DNA of 64,000 bases from Leucoraja ocellata (taxonomy: Eukaryota), in assembly GCA_036785375.1 (NCBI GenBank), contig JAWMAR010000344.1:496001-560000 (forward strand). The letters run 5' to 3'. Shown piece after piece: positions 1 to 30,702 of the stretch. Positions within the stretch are counted from its first letter, which is position 1. Each line of letters starts with the position of its first letter. The position numbers and the translations under genes were made by a program. The notes under the pieces are model-generated. The model saw nothing but the letters and a program-made list of their open reading frames with translations. It was not told where the DNA came from and ran no database searches.

Positions 1-633
1 TCATAGCAATTTCTCCCTTTATTTCCATATAAATAAAAAATGACCTATTCCGAAGTGTCTCATAACTCCTCATAACCATGTACAGTTTTGGTCAGTCTGA
101 AGAAAGGTCTTGATCCAAAACATCCAAAATGAATTTGGAGGAGAGGCAATGCTAGTTTCCCCAGTTGGTTCCTGGGATGAGGTTGGTTGTTTGAGAGAGT
201 GAGTGAAATGGGCATGTGTTTGCTGGAATTTGGAAAAATGAGGTGACTTTATAGAAGCATAAACATTTCTCAGTCCTGGACAGATGCTTCTCCTGATGTG
301 CAGTCTTGCTTGTGGGCTTGTTTCAAGTTGGAAAATGCCATAAGGAACTGAGTTGTGTGAAATCTCTTCACAGGATTTGTGAACCTTTCAGACTTCTCCA
401 TTCCAGAGATAGCATGTCTCCATTCGGCACAATCAGTGAGTACATTACAAACTGAGATTGATAGGACCTGGGGCACTAAAGACGGTAAGGGATATTTGGA
501 TAGGCCAGCACAGTATCATTTAAGTCATTGAGGATTTATCTTACTGAATGATGGAGCAGGTTTGCGATTATATGGCTTATCCCTTTATGTTATCACAAAC
601 TAATTTTGGTGTTCACTCGCAGATATATCAAAG

Positions 634-18066
<17,433 letters not shown>

Positions 18067-20139
18067 CTCATTTAACTAACTTTCCATGACATAAAAAGTT
18101 TGCATGAATTGTCTGCCAAAAATTCAGTCGCTGGTGTGGATTCCTTTAGGATGCCTTTTGTAACACTTCAAACATGTTTTTTGTTGAGAGATGGGATTTA
18201 ACAGAGAGCAGGGAAAAGGTAAGTAGCTTACCTCTGCATAAAAAGTAAATGGCTTTTCTCTATAAAAAAAAAAAACGCCACTATTATAAGAATGCACTAA
18301 GATATTTGGGTCATAATCTCCAGCATATGATCTTTCTGTCCAAATTTTCACAAATTTTGTTTTAGTTTTTCTATGCATGAAAGAAAACTTAATGTTTCTC
18401 ATAATTCCTACCAGATTGACTTTTCATGGAACTAAAATTTGTAGCTGTATAATAGCAATAAGTTATTTTTCATTACAGATCTTTATACAGAATTAAATGT
18501 ATATTGGCTTACACTAAATGTAAATCGTAAAATAATTCAGAAAATATTTGTGGAAATAGTCTACCACGTTTATTTCTGATTTTGCCAGTCATCACTGGCT
18601 GGTCATTTAACTAAATGCAATTTTATGCACTTTTTTTTGTAATCTCTGTCTCCCAAACTTTCCAAAGAAATTCACAACAGTGAAATCGATGCTTCTCATT
18701 TGTGAATCTGCTACATACCACTCCAACTCCATGGAAAGTGGTGCAGCTGGTAGACCTGCTTTCTCATAGCACAAGAGACTCTAATGCAGTTCAGACCTTG
18801 GGTGCTGCCTGCGAAGCTTTTGCGCGTTTTCCCTGTGAGCTGCAGCTTCCTCCCACATTTGTTAATTGGCTGCTGTAAGTAGTAAATTGATGGAAAAGTG
18901 CAATAAAGTGTGGACTCAGTGGGCTGAAGGACCTGTTTCCATGCTGTACATTTCAATCAATCAATACACCTTGTGCTTAAACACAATGGCTTGTTGTTTG
19001 AAAAATGTACTGTGCATTTAAAAAATACTCAGTGGAAGATGTGATTTATAAATGCAAGGGTCGATTTAATTCCTTAAGTTGTTTTGGTATAAGCCCAGGG
19101 AAAATATATTTTTGACATCTATAAAACTTGTGTCATAAGACTAATTTCCACCAAAACCTAGATGTGGGTGAGAATTAGAATGAGTTCTATTATTTTGCAT
19201 ATTTAGCAGCAATCCTTTACTATCTTAAAGTCAGTTTAACACTTAAACTATGAACAACAGTGTCCTAATCGCAAAATGCAATTATTAGGTAGAGTTTAAA
19301 TGTATTTGCAATGTTATGCAATTGACAGCCATCAGAGTAGAGAAGTACATAAGATTCTCTTAGGTATTTAGTAATCTCAAGTAATGTCAGTGGTTTCCAA
19401 TGATGTACTTTTCTCATAATTAAATTTAAAAACCTGGAGCATTATAATGTATTGACTTATTTAGTTATTTTGTGCCTTTTGAGAACCTTTACTTGAGTAT
19501 CTCCTGTTTAAAAAGTGCAAATAATTGTTTCATGACCTTTTTGGCAGTTTTTTTAAATATTAAAAGCTTTAGAATGCTCCATCAGTAACAATTAATTTGT
19601 TAGTTTTTTTTTAATTTACTAATTAATTTTGGTCAATTGTGATTTATTCAGGCATGAGTAATTTGCATATTTATTTTGTTAACCATAAACTGGTCGTAAA
19701 ACAAAATATTCTCAGAAAAGCCACTCCATGTAGTATTTATTTAATTAGGCTGTCTTAATAAATCAGTTGTGCATGAGATATTAGAGAATTGTGGCTGTCA
19801 GTTTACATGTTGAAATCTATCTGTTGAATTTGAGTGTCGCCTAACTAGTTTATGTTTAGAGGATTAATATATCAGAGATTAATTGGCTCGGGCCACAAAA
19901 GCAAAGTTGCGCCTAATTTAAACGTATCATGTTGTGGCATCTTTCTACATTTATTCATTACTAATTTCCTTGTCCATAATTGTAATAGAAATTGTCTTGG
20001 TGAAACCTCAAAACTTCAGGGTGACTTTGTTCTTTACAGTAAGTTAAATTCCTCAGATGTCGCCACTGAAACTCAATTGTCTTGTGGCAAGATGTCAAGA
20101 ATGGCAATGGGATCAAATCGGTTTTAATTATATGGGTTG

Positions 20140-20490
20140 AGAGATAAATGGTGTTCAGAACACTCTGGAGGGCACCCTGATTCTTCAGATGATGCCATAG
20201 AACTTGAACATTTGAGAATGCCTGCGTTTAACGTCTCAACCAAAAGACATTCCCTTTGACGGAATGTTTAAGAAAAAACTGCAGATGCTGGAAAAATCGC
20301 AGGTAGACAAAAATGCTGGTGAAACACAGCGGGTGAGGCAGGATCTAGGAGAAACTCAGTGGGTGTCAGCCTCACCCTTTGACAGAATAATGCCTTTCAT
20401 GACACTTAAGAGTCTGCCAAGAATAAGTGCTCGGGGTGTGAAATGTGGCTGGAGTCTGCAACCATCTTACTCTGATAGAATTGCGACCAC
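20140..20490 (-). mobile_element. Old Deu-domain SINE (SacSINE1-like), interrupted by a short Penelope-derived insert (~20265-20345)
   Basis: CCCTGATTCTTCAGATGATGCCAT...GTTTAACGTCTCAACCAAAAGAC...GTGTCAGCCT matches the reverse-complement Deu domain as recalled. Confidence 0.5.
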
Positions 20491-23177
20491 TTATAACTTG
20501 TCATGCTGTGATTACAGTGTCCGTGATGCTGAGGCACCAGATGTGAATCCTGTAAACTACGTTTCCTAAATTCCAGTTGATAGTTATTTTTTGGTTTCAA
20601 TCGATCAGATTACTGAAACCTAAATGAGATCTGTGAGAAGTCCAACTTCAGCCTAGCAGCTCATCAGCTCAATGGTCCCTTGTCCAACTGTTGGAAACTT
20701 TGGAGATCCAAGATTTTTCAATTCATAGGTCACTGTATTGAAACATCTTTGATTGAAGAGAGAAATTGGTGTCTGTGGATCAGTTTTGTAGACTGTCAAG
20801 GAATGGCAGCAAAGATCAGGGTAGGATCATCACCACAATGCTATGTAGGATAATCATTATTTTTTATAATTGGGGGGGGGGGGGGGGGTTAGGGTTAGGG
20901 TTTTGAATACACCCTTTCTTCCAGTATATTGACATGAAAACTTGCAATGGCTGTCTCAATAAAAGGAGGGGCGACTGAGCATGCCAAATCAGGACAAAAT
21001 GGAGAAACCCATGCAAGCAATTCCATGACCCTCACTAGTGAGGACCAAGCATCACACATCAGCATTGTGGTGGTTCAACATTTGAATGCCCCAAACCAAG
21101 CCCCTGGGCACTGCTCCGAGGCCCAACCTACCAAACTGTGGATAAATCATCAGAGCAACAACCTGCCCGATTAATAGTTGGTGAATATAAATTATTAATA
21201 AATATAAATATTGTTTTAAAATGTGCTGCTGTTCACTTACATTAACTGTAATTTACATTGTTTGGTCATTAAAATGGAAATACATTTAGCACCTTTATCA
21301 TCTCTGGATTTTATTCATACCTTGAAAATCGCTTCACCTCAGTCGTATTTGAAATATTACAAATAAATATTGTGAATATTTTTCTAAAGTTCTGCAAACT
21401 ATCCCCGAATTAACATCTGAATTTTGAGAAATTGTAATTATCATTTATCTAAATAGTAATTAATGTTAGTGCCCTTGAAGTTGGTTTATAGACTGACACT
21501 GTTTAAAAAATAAGAGGTTTGCCATTTAAGACATGAGAATTCTCCTTCTGAGTCATGAATTCCTGGAAATCTTCCTCAAAGGTTAGTGGAAGCAGATTCT
21601 TATAAGTAAGGCTTGAAGGTTTACAGGGGAACATGAAAATACAGCATTGAGGTTTAGTTCATCCTTAATCTTGTTGAATGACCAAGTCTGAAAAACGGTC
21701 TCGACGTGAAACATCACCTATTCCTTTTCTCCAGAGATGCTGTCTGACCCTTTGAGTTACTCTTTTTTTGTGTCTATCTTCAGTTTAAACCAGCATCTGT
21801 AGTTCCTTCCTACACAGGATCAAGAGATAGGTGGCCAAATCCCCCTAATTTGTATGTTCAGATATAATCAGAAAAAATTGGAAGGAGAAATCTCGAACAT
21901 TGATTAAATCAGAGTTTAGGATTTGAGTGGAGAAGTAGCTCTAGAATTGGCCTAACCCCTTTTCCTGACGTAAATGTTTCAAAAAGGACACAAAGTGCTG
22001 GAGTAACTCAGTGAGATCATGCAGTATTTCTGGAGAACATGGATAGAGGACTTTTTTAGGCCAAGACTCTTCTTCAGAATGTGAGGTGGTAAAGGAAAGT
22101 TGGAAGAGTGGAAGGACAGGATGAAATGAAGCCTGGCAAGTAATAGGTGGAGACCAGTGGGGAGTGGGATTGACAGGTAGATGGTTGGGCAAAGGGCAGA
22201 GATGCAAACACAAGGTGTGACACGAAAGGATAGTAGAATTGCAAATTGTGATGTAACAGGAAGATTAGGTGGAGTGCAGGTGTGGTGGCGGTATGATTAG
22301 CTATCTAAAATTGAAATTTTCAATCTCATACCATTGGGTTGTGCACCACCCAAGCAGAATAAGAGGCGCCGTTCCTTCAGTTTGCAATGGAGGGGGCCCA
22401 GTACTGAAAGGGCCAGTATGGGAATGTGAAAGTTAAAATGGTTAGCAACCGGGAGATCCAGTAGGTCTAGGTGAATCTCCGCCCAGCTCGGCCAGTGGAC
22501 TTCGGGAGCCGCGGACTCCAGTAGGATAGGAGGTGGCTGTTTCGGATGTCCAAGCTGCTGAGGATGTCCTCCAGTCCCGACGGCGGACTTCCATCACCCT
22601 GGCGAGCGTGCTTGAACATCGGGCCGCCCATACCGCGGGGGGGTTCGGGAGTCCCCCGACCACGGGAGGACAACAAAGGAGGATGACAGAATGTTTGGAG
22701 CCTTCCCTCAATTTTGACCCCACTGAGTGGGGATGTTCTGTGCTCTTTATTATTTGTATGGCGACCACACATTTCACCGTACCAATTGGTACATGTGAAA
22801 AATAAATGTATCTTGTATCCACGATCATTATCGGCATCCACTGGTAGAGGGGGTGGGTGGGGGGATGTAGGGTGTAAGGGAGCATTGCCCTTTCCGGGCC
22901 ACTGTGTTGGATCTGGATGGCCCACAATGGCCAGCAGTGCTTTCCTGGGCCACTGTGGTAGAGCTGGCAGCCCAGGTTCTGGGACGATTCCTGCAAAAAT
23001 GTCCCACTTCATTACTAGCATGACATCGCAATTCCAGAACATGCTAGAGGAAAAGCCATCCAATTCCCCATTAAACCTCCCCTCCACGTCCATTCCCTGT
23101 GCCAACTGTATATATACACGCGGCGCTTAAAAGTATATATGCCGCAGTCCAGGATCATCAAACCTGTACAACAGTTT

Positions 23178-23702
23178 AACCATATAACAATTACAGCACG
23201 GAAACCGGCCATCTCGGCCCTTCAAGTCCGCGCCGAACACTTATTTTCCCCTAGTCCCATCTACCGCCATTCCTTTCCCATCCATATACCTATCCAATTT
23301 ATTTTTAAATGATAAAATTGAACCTGCCTCCACCACTTCCACTGAAAGCTCATTCCTCACAGCTACCACTCTCAGAGTAAAGAAGTTCCCCCTCGTATTA
23401 CCCCTAAACTTCTGTCCCTTAATTCTCAAGTCATGTCCTCTTGTTTGAATCTTCCCTACTCTCAGTAGGAAAAGCTTATCCACGTCAACTCTGTCTATCC
23501 CTCTCATCATTTTAAAGACCTCTATCAAGTCCCCCCTTAACCTTCTGCGCTCCAAAGAATAAAGACCTAACTTGTTCAACCTTTCTCTGTAACTTAGTTG
23601 CTGAAACCCAGGCAACATTCTAGTAAATCTCCTCTGCACTCTCTCTATTTTGTTGATATCCTTCCTATAATTAGGCGACCAAAATTGTACACCTACTCCA
23701 GA
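23178..23702 (-). mobile_element. CR1 LINE 3' end (TATATGGT tail subfamily)
   Basis: GVQFWSPNYRKDINKIERVQRRFTRMLPG...RRRLRGDLIEVFK. Confidence 0.92.
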
Positions 23703-24567
23703 ATACGAACAGCTCCGCAATGTTGGAGCAGCGGCCCAACACTCTGGAACTTCAAATGGCGATCCAGGTAGGCGGTGAATCCAGCGCTGCGCCGCCACTG
23801 CTGAAGCTCTGGTCTGGGTCCCCGGCAGGAAAGTCCGCTCCGATCCAGGTGGTAGGCCGCGAGGACAGAACTCGGAGAATAGTCACGTCCTCGCCAGGAA
23901 GTGACTGTGAAACGGTTTCCCCTTACCCTACTCCCCTCCCCCCACAGATAGAAAAGCTAAAGAATCCCCAAAACATACTTTTAAAACTGACTAATATTAA
24001 AAAAAAGACAGAAAAGACAGGCTGCCATCGATGCAGCGCCCCTAGTGGAGCAGATGAGGAATAGGAACGTCAGAAGGGGAGGAAAGTTAAGAAAAAGAAG
24101 AAACAGCTCCAAGCGGTCCCCCCTGGCAGTAGATAAACTCATGCTCACCTCCAAACCTAGCCCAGGGAAGCTTAAGGACCCTAGGGTCAAACGGGAAGCT
24201 GGAGAGGGTGAGCAGGTAGACGGTAGTGCAGAGGCAGAGGCTTCTGCAATGGAGCTCACTGTACCACAGCACACTAGTGGCCGGAAGAGGAGGCATGGGA
24301 CCTCCGATACGGACTATGGCTCTGAAATCCATTAGGGGAGACTCCGCACCCATGGGGCGGGGACCATGGGTGCGGAGAAGGGCAGGGTCTTTTCCAAATG
24401 TGTCCTCTGGTCGGACTCCAGACAGGTCCGCTCAATGCCAGCCTTGGAGATTTCCTCCGACTTCATTGTCCCCCAATCCGGTTACAGAGGGCGGTGGGAA
24501 CGTGCGGGAGACTAACCATTTATCAGGCAGCTTGTCGCAGTCGGAGGTACCGGTACCTGCCCCGTCA

Positions 24568-24767
24568 NNNNNNNNNNNNNNNNNNNNNNNNNNNNNNNNN
24601 NNNNNNNNNNNNNNNNNNNNNNNNNNNNNNNNNNNNNNNNNNNNNNNNNNNNNNNNNNNNNNNNNNNNNNNNNNNNNNNNNNNNNNNNNNNNNNNNNNNN
24701 NNNNNNNNNNNNNNNNNNNNNNNNNNNNNNNNNNNNNNNNNNNNNNNNNNNNNNNNNNNNNNNNNNN
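24568..24767. other. Assembly gap (200 N)
   Basis: Run of exactly 200 N; contiguity across it is not established. Confidence 0.99.
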
Positions 24768-25709
24768 GAAATGTCACCTATTCTTTTTCTCCAGAGATGT
24801 TGCCTGACCTGCTGAGTTACTCCAGTTTTTTGTGTTTGACTTCGTTTAAACCAGCATCTGGAATTCTTCCCACTACATCACTTTTCCTTTTCCACTTTTA
24901 GAAACCTGTCTCTTTCACCATGAATCGAGTTGCATCTAACAGCATGGAAACATGCCCTGCAGCCCACCAACAATCGATCACCAGTTCCCAATAGTTCAAC
25001 ATTATCCACTTTCTCATCCACTCCCTACACACGAGGGCAATTTTTTTAACGGAGGTCAATTAACCCGCCGCAAGTCTTTGGGACGTGAGATGGAACCGGA
25101 GCACCCGGAGGAAACCCATGCAATCACAGGGAGAACGTACAAACTCCATACAGACAGCACCCGTAGTCAGCATCAAACCGGGTCTCTGGCGCTGTGAGGC
25201 AGCAACTCCACCGCTGTGCTACCGTGTCACCCCGAATTCTGGATTTTACTGTTGTTTTTTTGTTAAAGGTTAGATTTAACATTTTGCAAATTTCACTCGC
25301 ACAAATAGAAGCAAAAAAGACAGTACATGGTCCAAATGAAATCGGATCATAAGGTGGAAACAGGTGGCTGATGTAGAGGGGATTCATTCAGAACAACTCT
25401 TCTCACGAAGACATGGTCCTCTTTCAGGTGGTGACACAATATTTAATCAATGCAGGATTAATACACCTGGAAGAACAGTCAAGAGGAGTAACAGAAACCT
25501 CAAAGGAGATGGGGAATCTGAATCTAAGAAAAACAGAAGTATCAGAACAGCTCTATTGGCTCAAGGCTGCAGGAACACAGTTGCAAGAGACACATTTTTC
25601 TTAGTAATGAATAGGATGAGCGGTTTGAAGCCTACTTGCTGGTCTGAGAGTCTCAGCACGCACATTCACACTCTATGGCGTCAATAGGCTGGATAATGAG
25701 AAACCTAGA

Positions 25710-25952
25710 CTGTCTATTCCGCCTTAATTTGACAAAAAGGAAGCAACTGACAATTTTGTTCGGGTATTTGAGATACGCTCTACACAACGGTGAACAAAAT
25801 AAGTCTTCTCCGACAACAATTTGAAAATATTTATACCAGGAAAGTAAGAAATTTCATCACAGAGAGCTGAAAGTAAAACTCGTTTTCCTCATTTACAAGA
25901 AAACGCCTTTCTGTCAGTTGCTTTCTTTTGTCAAAGTAGGGAAGTATTACTA
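25710..25952. mobile_element. Old non-autonomous DNA transposon (MITE) remnant
   Basis: TTTGACAAAAAGGAAGCAACTGACA (25728-25752) inverted with TGTCAGTTGCTTTCTTTTGTCAAA (25912-25935); weaker TIR extension outward and TA at the right end. Confidence 0.5.
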
Positions 25953-26989
25953 TAGGGTAATTACTCTAGATGCTGTTACTCTCGATGCTATTACTCTAGA
26001 TGCTGTTGCACCCGCTGAGTTTCTCCAGCATTTCATCCAGTGTACCTTATTATAGGGTACATTTAGTTCAAGACAGTTATAATGTCACAATTTACAGCCT
26101 TCATGATTTTTTTAAGAATAAGAATGAATCTTTCTCGTGTATAGGCTTTCACCTACTCATAGAATCATTTATTTTCTTAAACAGTCTTTGGGTTTCATGT
26201 TATGATATACAACGAGTGGCATTGTGCAAAGTCTCTGAACCAAAATTTTTTTTAAAAGATCCTCAATAGTTATTTTAATTCTTCTCTATAATTGAAAAAG
26301 GTTAAACAATCCGGAGCAAATATGTTTTTAGTGATTTATGACAAACTTAAAACTTATCCCCAGACTAAATCCACAAGGATAAGATGAGAGGAAAGTGAGA
26401 TAAAACTTCTCTTGAGGTATGATGAAATGCCGAAAGTGTTTTGCTTCAGAAGTTAAAAATTGACCTGTTCCTAAATTGGAAACCTGTCAGAGCTCAACTG
26501 CAAGGTTTGCTGCTGAGAAAAATAAGTTGTAATGTGTTAAATTGACTTCAGGGCAATTCTTTCAGCTTAATGGCAAAGTGAAAGATGGCTCGGGTTCAAT
26601 TCCATTTTAGTGAAAGAGATGAGAATATAAATTAAAGTCAATGCAAAATGTGTGCAGAAAACCATGTAGATACTTGTGCTGGAGTGAGTGTAGTGTATAC
26701 TCATGAGATGAGTTTGCCGTATGAAGAGCAAATGGGGAACGTTTGCCTATGCATTGACCTTTCAAAGAGGGAGCATTATAAGACAGAGAGGGATTGTCAA
26801 GGTAGCCTCAAGCCTTTGTCATTTACTCCATCCATCTCTCAATCATACTCCCCTCAAATATAACCATCTACCACTTGCCAGACTTGGTCCTGCAACCTCC
26901 CCTCTCTTTCACTGCTTTGTCCCCCCTACTCCAATCAGTGAAGGAGGATTCCAATCGAAAACATTGCCTGACCATTCCCTTCTCAAGTG

Positions 26990-27195
26990 CTGCAGATGCT
27001 GGCTTATACCAGAGGTGGACACAATGTTCTGGAGTAACTCAATGGGTCAGGCAGCATCTCTGGAGAAAAAGGACGGGTGACTTTTCGAGTCAGGTCTGAT
27101 GAAGGGTCCCAACCTGAAATGTCACCCATCCTTTTTCTCCAGAGATGCTGCCTGACCCTGATGCTGAGTTTCTCCAGGACTTTGTGTCTACCCTC
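26990..27195. mobile_element. Palindromic Penelope pLTR-derived element with hammerhead core at 27093-27127 (+)
   Basis: GGT-CTGATGA-AGGGTCCCAACCT-GAAATGTC-ACC between inverted arms. Confidence 0.8.
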
Positions 27196-28107
27196 CCCAG
27201 ATGCTGCCGGACTTGCTGAGATCCTCCAGCAGTTCGTGTTTTCCTCAGGATTCCAGTGTTTCTGTTGTCAAGGTGGCTAATGAGAGGCTGGTTCCTCCAG
27301 CTGGAAGAATTTTGACCGAGGAACTTAAAGATTTCAGAGTGAAATGAGAAGATGTTGTGAGTCAGTGTAATTCTGCACTTCAGAGGGAGACATGTTCAAG
27401 AGGAGATGAATGGATTTTGGACATTAAGGGAATTTAAGTTAATGGAGTCTGGATGGGAAAGTGGAATTGAGACACAAGATGGGCTGTTATCTTAAGTAAT
27501 GGCAGAACAGACTGATGAGGCCATGAGGCCCATTTTTCTATTTCACGTGCTTTTTTTTTAACAATTTGAGAATTAATGCATCTTTTTCATCCACAAGCCA
27601 GTCTGTTTAATCTCAATGGTGGGAAAGCATTGATCCAAGAGAGAACTATTATTTACCTGGAGAAAAATGGTTTCATTAAACTAAAGCAGGATCGACGTTT
27701 TCTGGGCAAGTTTAATAGAATTTTGTGTTTGGAATAATTGAGGTTTTGATGAGGGCAATCCAGTTGATGTGATGTCTGCGGATTTGCAGGGGACTTTTGA
27801 TAAGGTTCTGCGCAAGCAGATAACCAGCAAAGCTACCAATATATGTTTTGGGCCATATGACGTGTCACAGGGAGAACGTACAAACTCCGTACAGACAGCA
27901 CCTATAGTTAGGATCGAGCCCGGGTATGTGGTGCTGTAAGGAGGCAACTCTACCGCTGTGCCACTGTGCCACCGAGATCACCAGCAAAAATAGAATTTGT
28001 TTTTCAAAAAATGACATGTAGCTGGCTTTTCCTAAAAAAAACATTATAATTGCTTCACACAATTACGAATAGTCTAAAACATACCTGAGGTTTACAATAG
28101 CTGTTGA

Positions 28108-28950
28108 GCTATATTTAAGAGGGAGCTAGATGTGGCCCTTGTGGCTAAAGGGATCAGGGGGTATGGAGAGAAGGCAGGTACGGGATACTGAGTTGGATGA
28201 TCAGCCATGTAGATAGGGTGGTAAAGAAAGCTTTTGGTGTGCTGGCCTTTATAAATCAGAGCATTGAGTATAGAAGTTGGGATGTAATGTTAAATTTGTA
28301 CAAGGCATTGGTGAGGCCAATTCTGGAGTATGGTGTACAGTTTTGGTCGCCTAATTATAGGAAGGATGTCAACAAAATAGAGAGAGTACAGAGGAGATTT
28401 ACTAGAATGTTGCCTGGGTTTCAACAACTAAGTTACAGAGAAAGGTTGAACAAGTTAGGTCTTTATTCTCCGGACGCAGAAGGTTAAGGGGGGACTTGAT
28501 AGAGGTCTTTAAAATGATGAGAGGGATAGACAGAGTTGATGTGGACAAGCTTTTCCCACTGAGAGTAGGGAAGATTCAAACAAGGGGACATGACTTGAGA
28601 ATTAAGGGACTGAAGTTTAGGGGTAACATGAGGGGGAACTTCTTTACTCAGAGAGTGGTGGCTGTGTGGAATGAGCTTCCAGTGAAGGTGGTGGAGGCAG
28701 GTTCGTTTTTATCATTTAAAAATAAATTGGATAGTTATATGGATGGGAAGGGAATGGAGGGTTATGGTCTGAGCGCAGGTATATGGGACTAGGGGAGATT
28801 ATGTGTTCGGCACGGACTAGAAGGGTCGAGATGGCCTGTAATTGTTATATGGTTATATGGTTATATGGTTATATGATCATATTGAATGGCGGTGCAGGCT
28901 CGAAGGGTCGAATGGCCTACTCCTGCACCTATTTTCTATGTTTCTATGTT
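28108..28950 (+). mobile_element. Nested CR1s: TATATGGT-tail CR1 (about 28207-28875) inserted into the tail of a CTATGTTT-tail CR1
   Basis: Outer tail broken at GATCAGCCATG and resumes ATCATATTGAATGGCGG; inner element encodes ALVRPILEYGVQFWSP. Confidence 0.9.
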
Positions 28951-29069
28951 AATGATGCTAATCAGACAGTTCCTGTCAAAGGATCATCCAAGTGAAAAGA
29001 ATGAAAATATATGTCAGGACTATGTAAGTCAATACTAAAAGTCAATACAAAAAGTCAATATTAAATACT

Positions 29070-29477
29070 CCGGCTAGGACTTTATTCCTTGTAGCATAGG
29101 AGGATGAGGGGTGACCTTATCAAGGTACACAAAATCATGAGAGGAAGAGATCAGGTAAATGCAGAGAATCTTTTGCCTAGAGTAGGGGAATCAAGAACCA
29201 GAAGGTTTAAGGTGAGGGGGGAATAATTTATTCCGAGCCTGGCATCATTTTTTTTACACAAAAGGTGGTAGGTGTATGGAACGAGCTGCCAGAGGAGGTG
29301 GTTGAAGCAAGTGCGATCACAAAGGTGAAGAAACATATAGACAAGTGCATACATAGGGCAGGTTCAGAGGGATGTGGGCCAAACGCAGGCAGGTGGAGCT
29401 CGTGTACATGGGGCATGTTGGTCGGCGTGGGCAGGTTGGGCCAAAGGGCCCGTTTCCATGCTGTATGACTCTATGAC
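29070..29477 (+). mobile_element. CR1 (HER1-like, CTATGACT tail) 3' end
   Basis: VWNELPEEVVEA motif; tail GGGCCCGTTTCCATGCTGTATGACTCTATGAC resembles the V-SINE tail. Confidence 0.8.
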
Positions 29478-30004
29478 AATGATTATAATAAATGAAAATG
29501 CTTCTCTGTCACTGAAACACTTGACCTGATAAACTAGAATTAATCTTCCCACGCTGGACTTTAGCAGCAGAGCAATAACTTATTCTGTGAAGGAATTTGT
29601 TTTTGAGCCCATTTGTTTAGTGCAAATTAGCTGACAAATAAGCACAGTTGGCTGGGGGGCGAGGTGCACTCATGATTGCAATTTGGGCTACATTTAGAGG
29701 CAATTTTGCTGATTCTGGTTTACAAGAGAAGAAGGAACATATTTTCCTTTTCTTTCTTTGGCAGTTTCCAACAGGCCCGGCCTGCAGTGACATTTAGCTA
29801 GGTGCTACGGAACTAGTCAGAACAAGCTTCACTTACTTCTCCAAATGGGCACTGAAACTGTCAAAGGAGCTATGTTTCCATAATTAGAGTGGCCCAGGTG
29901 ACACAGTGACTCACCCATGTCATGCATTGGCCCAGGACATCAGATCGAGCAATTTATATCTTTTTTACCCATTTGATAACTGCAGAAGATGCATTGGGCA
30001 TACC

Positions 30005-30300
30005 AGGGCAGCGCGGGACCACAGCAGTAGAGTTGCAGCCTTACAGCACCAGAGACCCGGGTTCGATCCTTACAGCGGGCGCGGTCTGAATGGAGTTTGT
30101 ACGTTCTCCCCGTGATCGCGTGGGTTTTCTCCGGGTGCTCCGGTTTCCTCAACACTCCAAAGCCGTACAGCTTTGTAGGTTAATTGGCTTTGGTAAAGAT
30201 TGTAAATTGTTCCGAGTGCTAATATTGGTACTAGTGTACGGGGATCGCTGGTCGGCATGGACTTGGTTTACTCGCTTTATCTCCAATATAAACTAAACTA
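30005..30300 (+). mobile_element. HE1-like V-SINE
   Basis: B-box GGTTCGATCC, V-domain, CTAAA tail. Confidence 0.85.
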
Positions 30301-30702
30301 AATGAATCAGTGGAACTCAAGGAACAAGGACCCGGCAGGCTGCCCATGGCCAAGTGTGGCGACAGGCCTCTCTTGCCTCTGTGAAAGAAGGGCCCACCAG
30401 GCTGCGGCTGCAGAGGGGAAGGCCCGAAGACCGGAGATTCTAGAGGGTGGAGCCGCTGGCGTTGAAGGACCGAGCTGGTAGGAGAGGGATAAGGGTCTCG
30501 CCTCCAGCGAGGTCGGCTGCGGGAGGCGCTCGCCGGGACACAGCGGCGGTCGGGCGAGGAGAGGAACGTTTGTTTGCAGGTCCGAGCCAGATGTGGCTGG
30601 CGGAGGATGTTCTGCAGCAGCCTGGGGCTTACCTGGACTGGGAGCTGCTCCAGAACATCGAGCACCTGGAGCTCTTTGGTCTTTTTGAAAATGGCACCAA
30701 AA

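Noticed and set aside
20872-20901. Poly-G followed by TTAGGGTTAGGG (telomere-like); also at 58478-58490
   Set aside because: Only two units; too short to call an interstitial telomeric array, and the second lies inside a Penelope 3' region.
18067-21370. FAM114A2 3' UTR end and poly(A) site (AATAAA at 18902, 19757, 21197, 21362)
   Set aside because: Several candidates in AT-rich DNA; cannot be chosen without transcript data.
25960-26005. 15-bp tandem repeat x3 (TTACTCTAGATGCTG), and a 13-bp x3 repeat at 29027-29062
   Set aside because: Simple slippage repeats with no spacers; not CRISPR-like.
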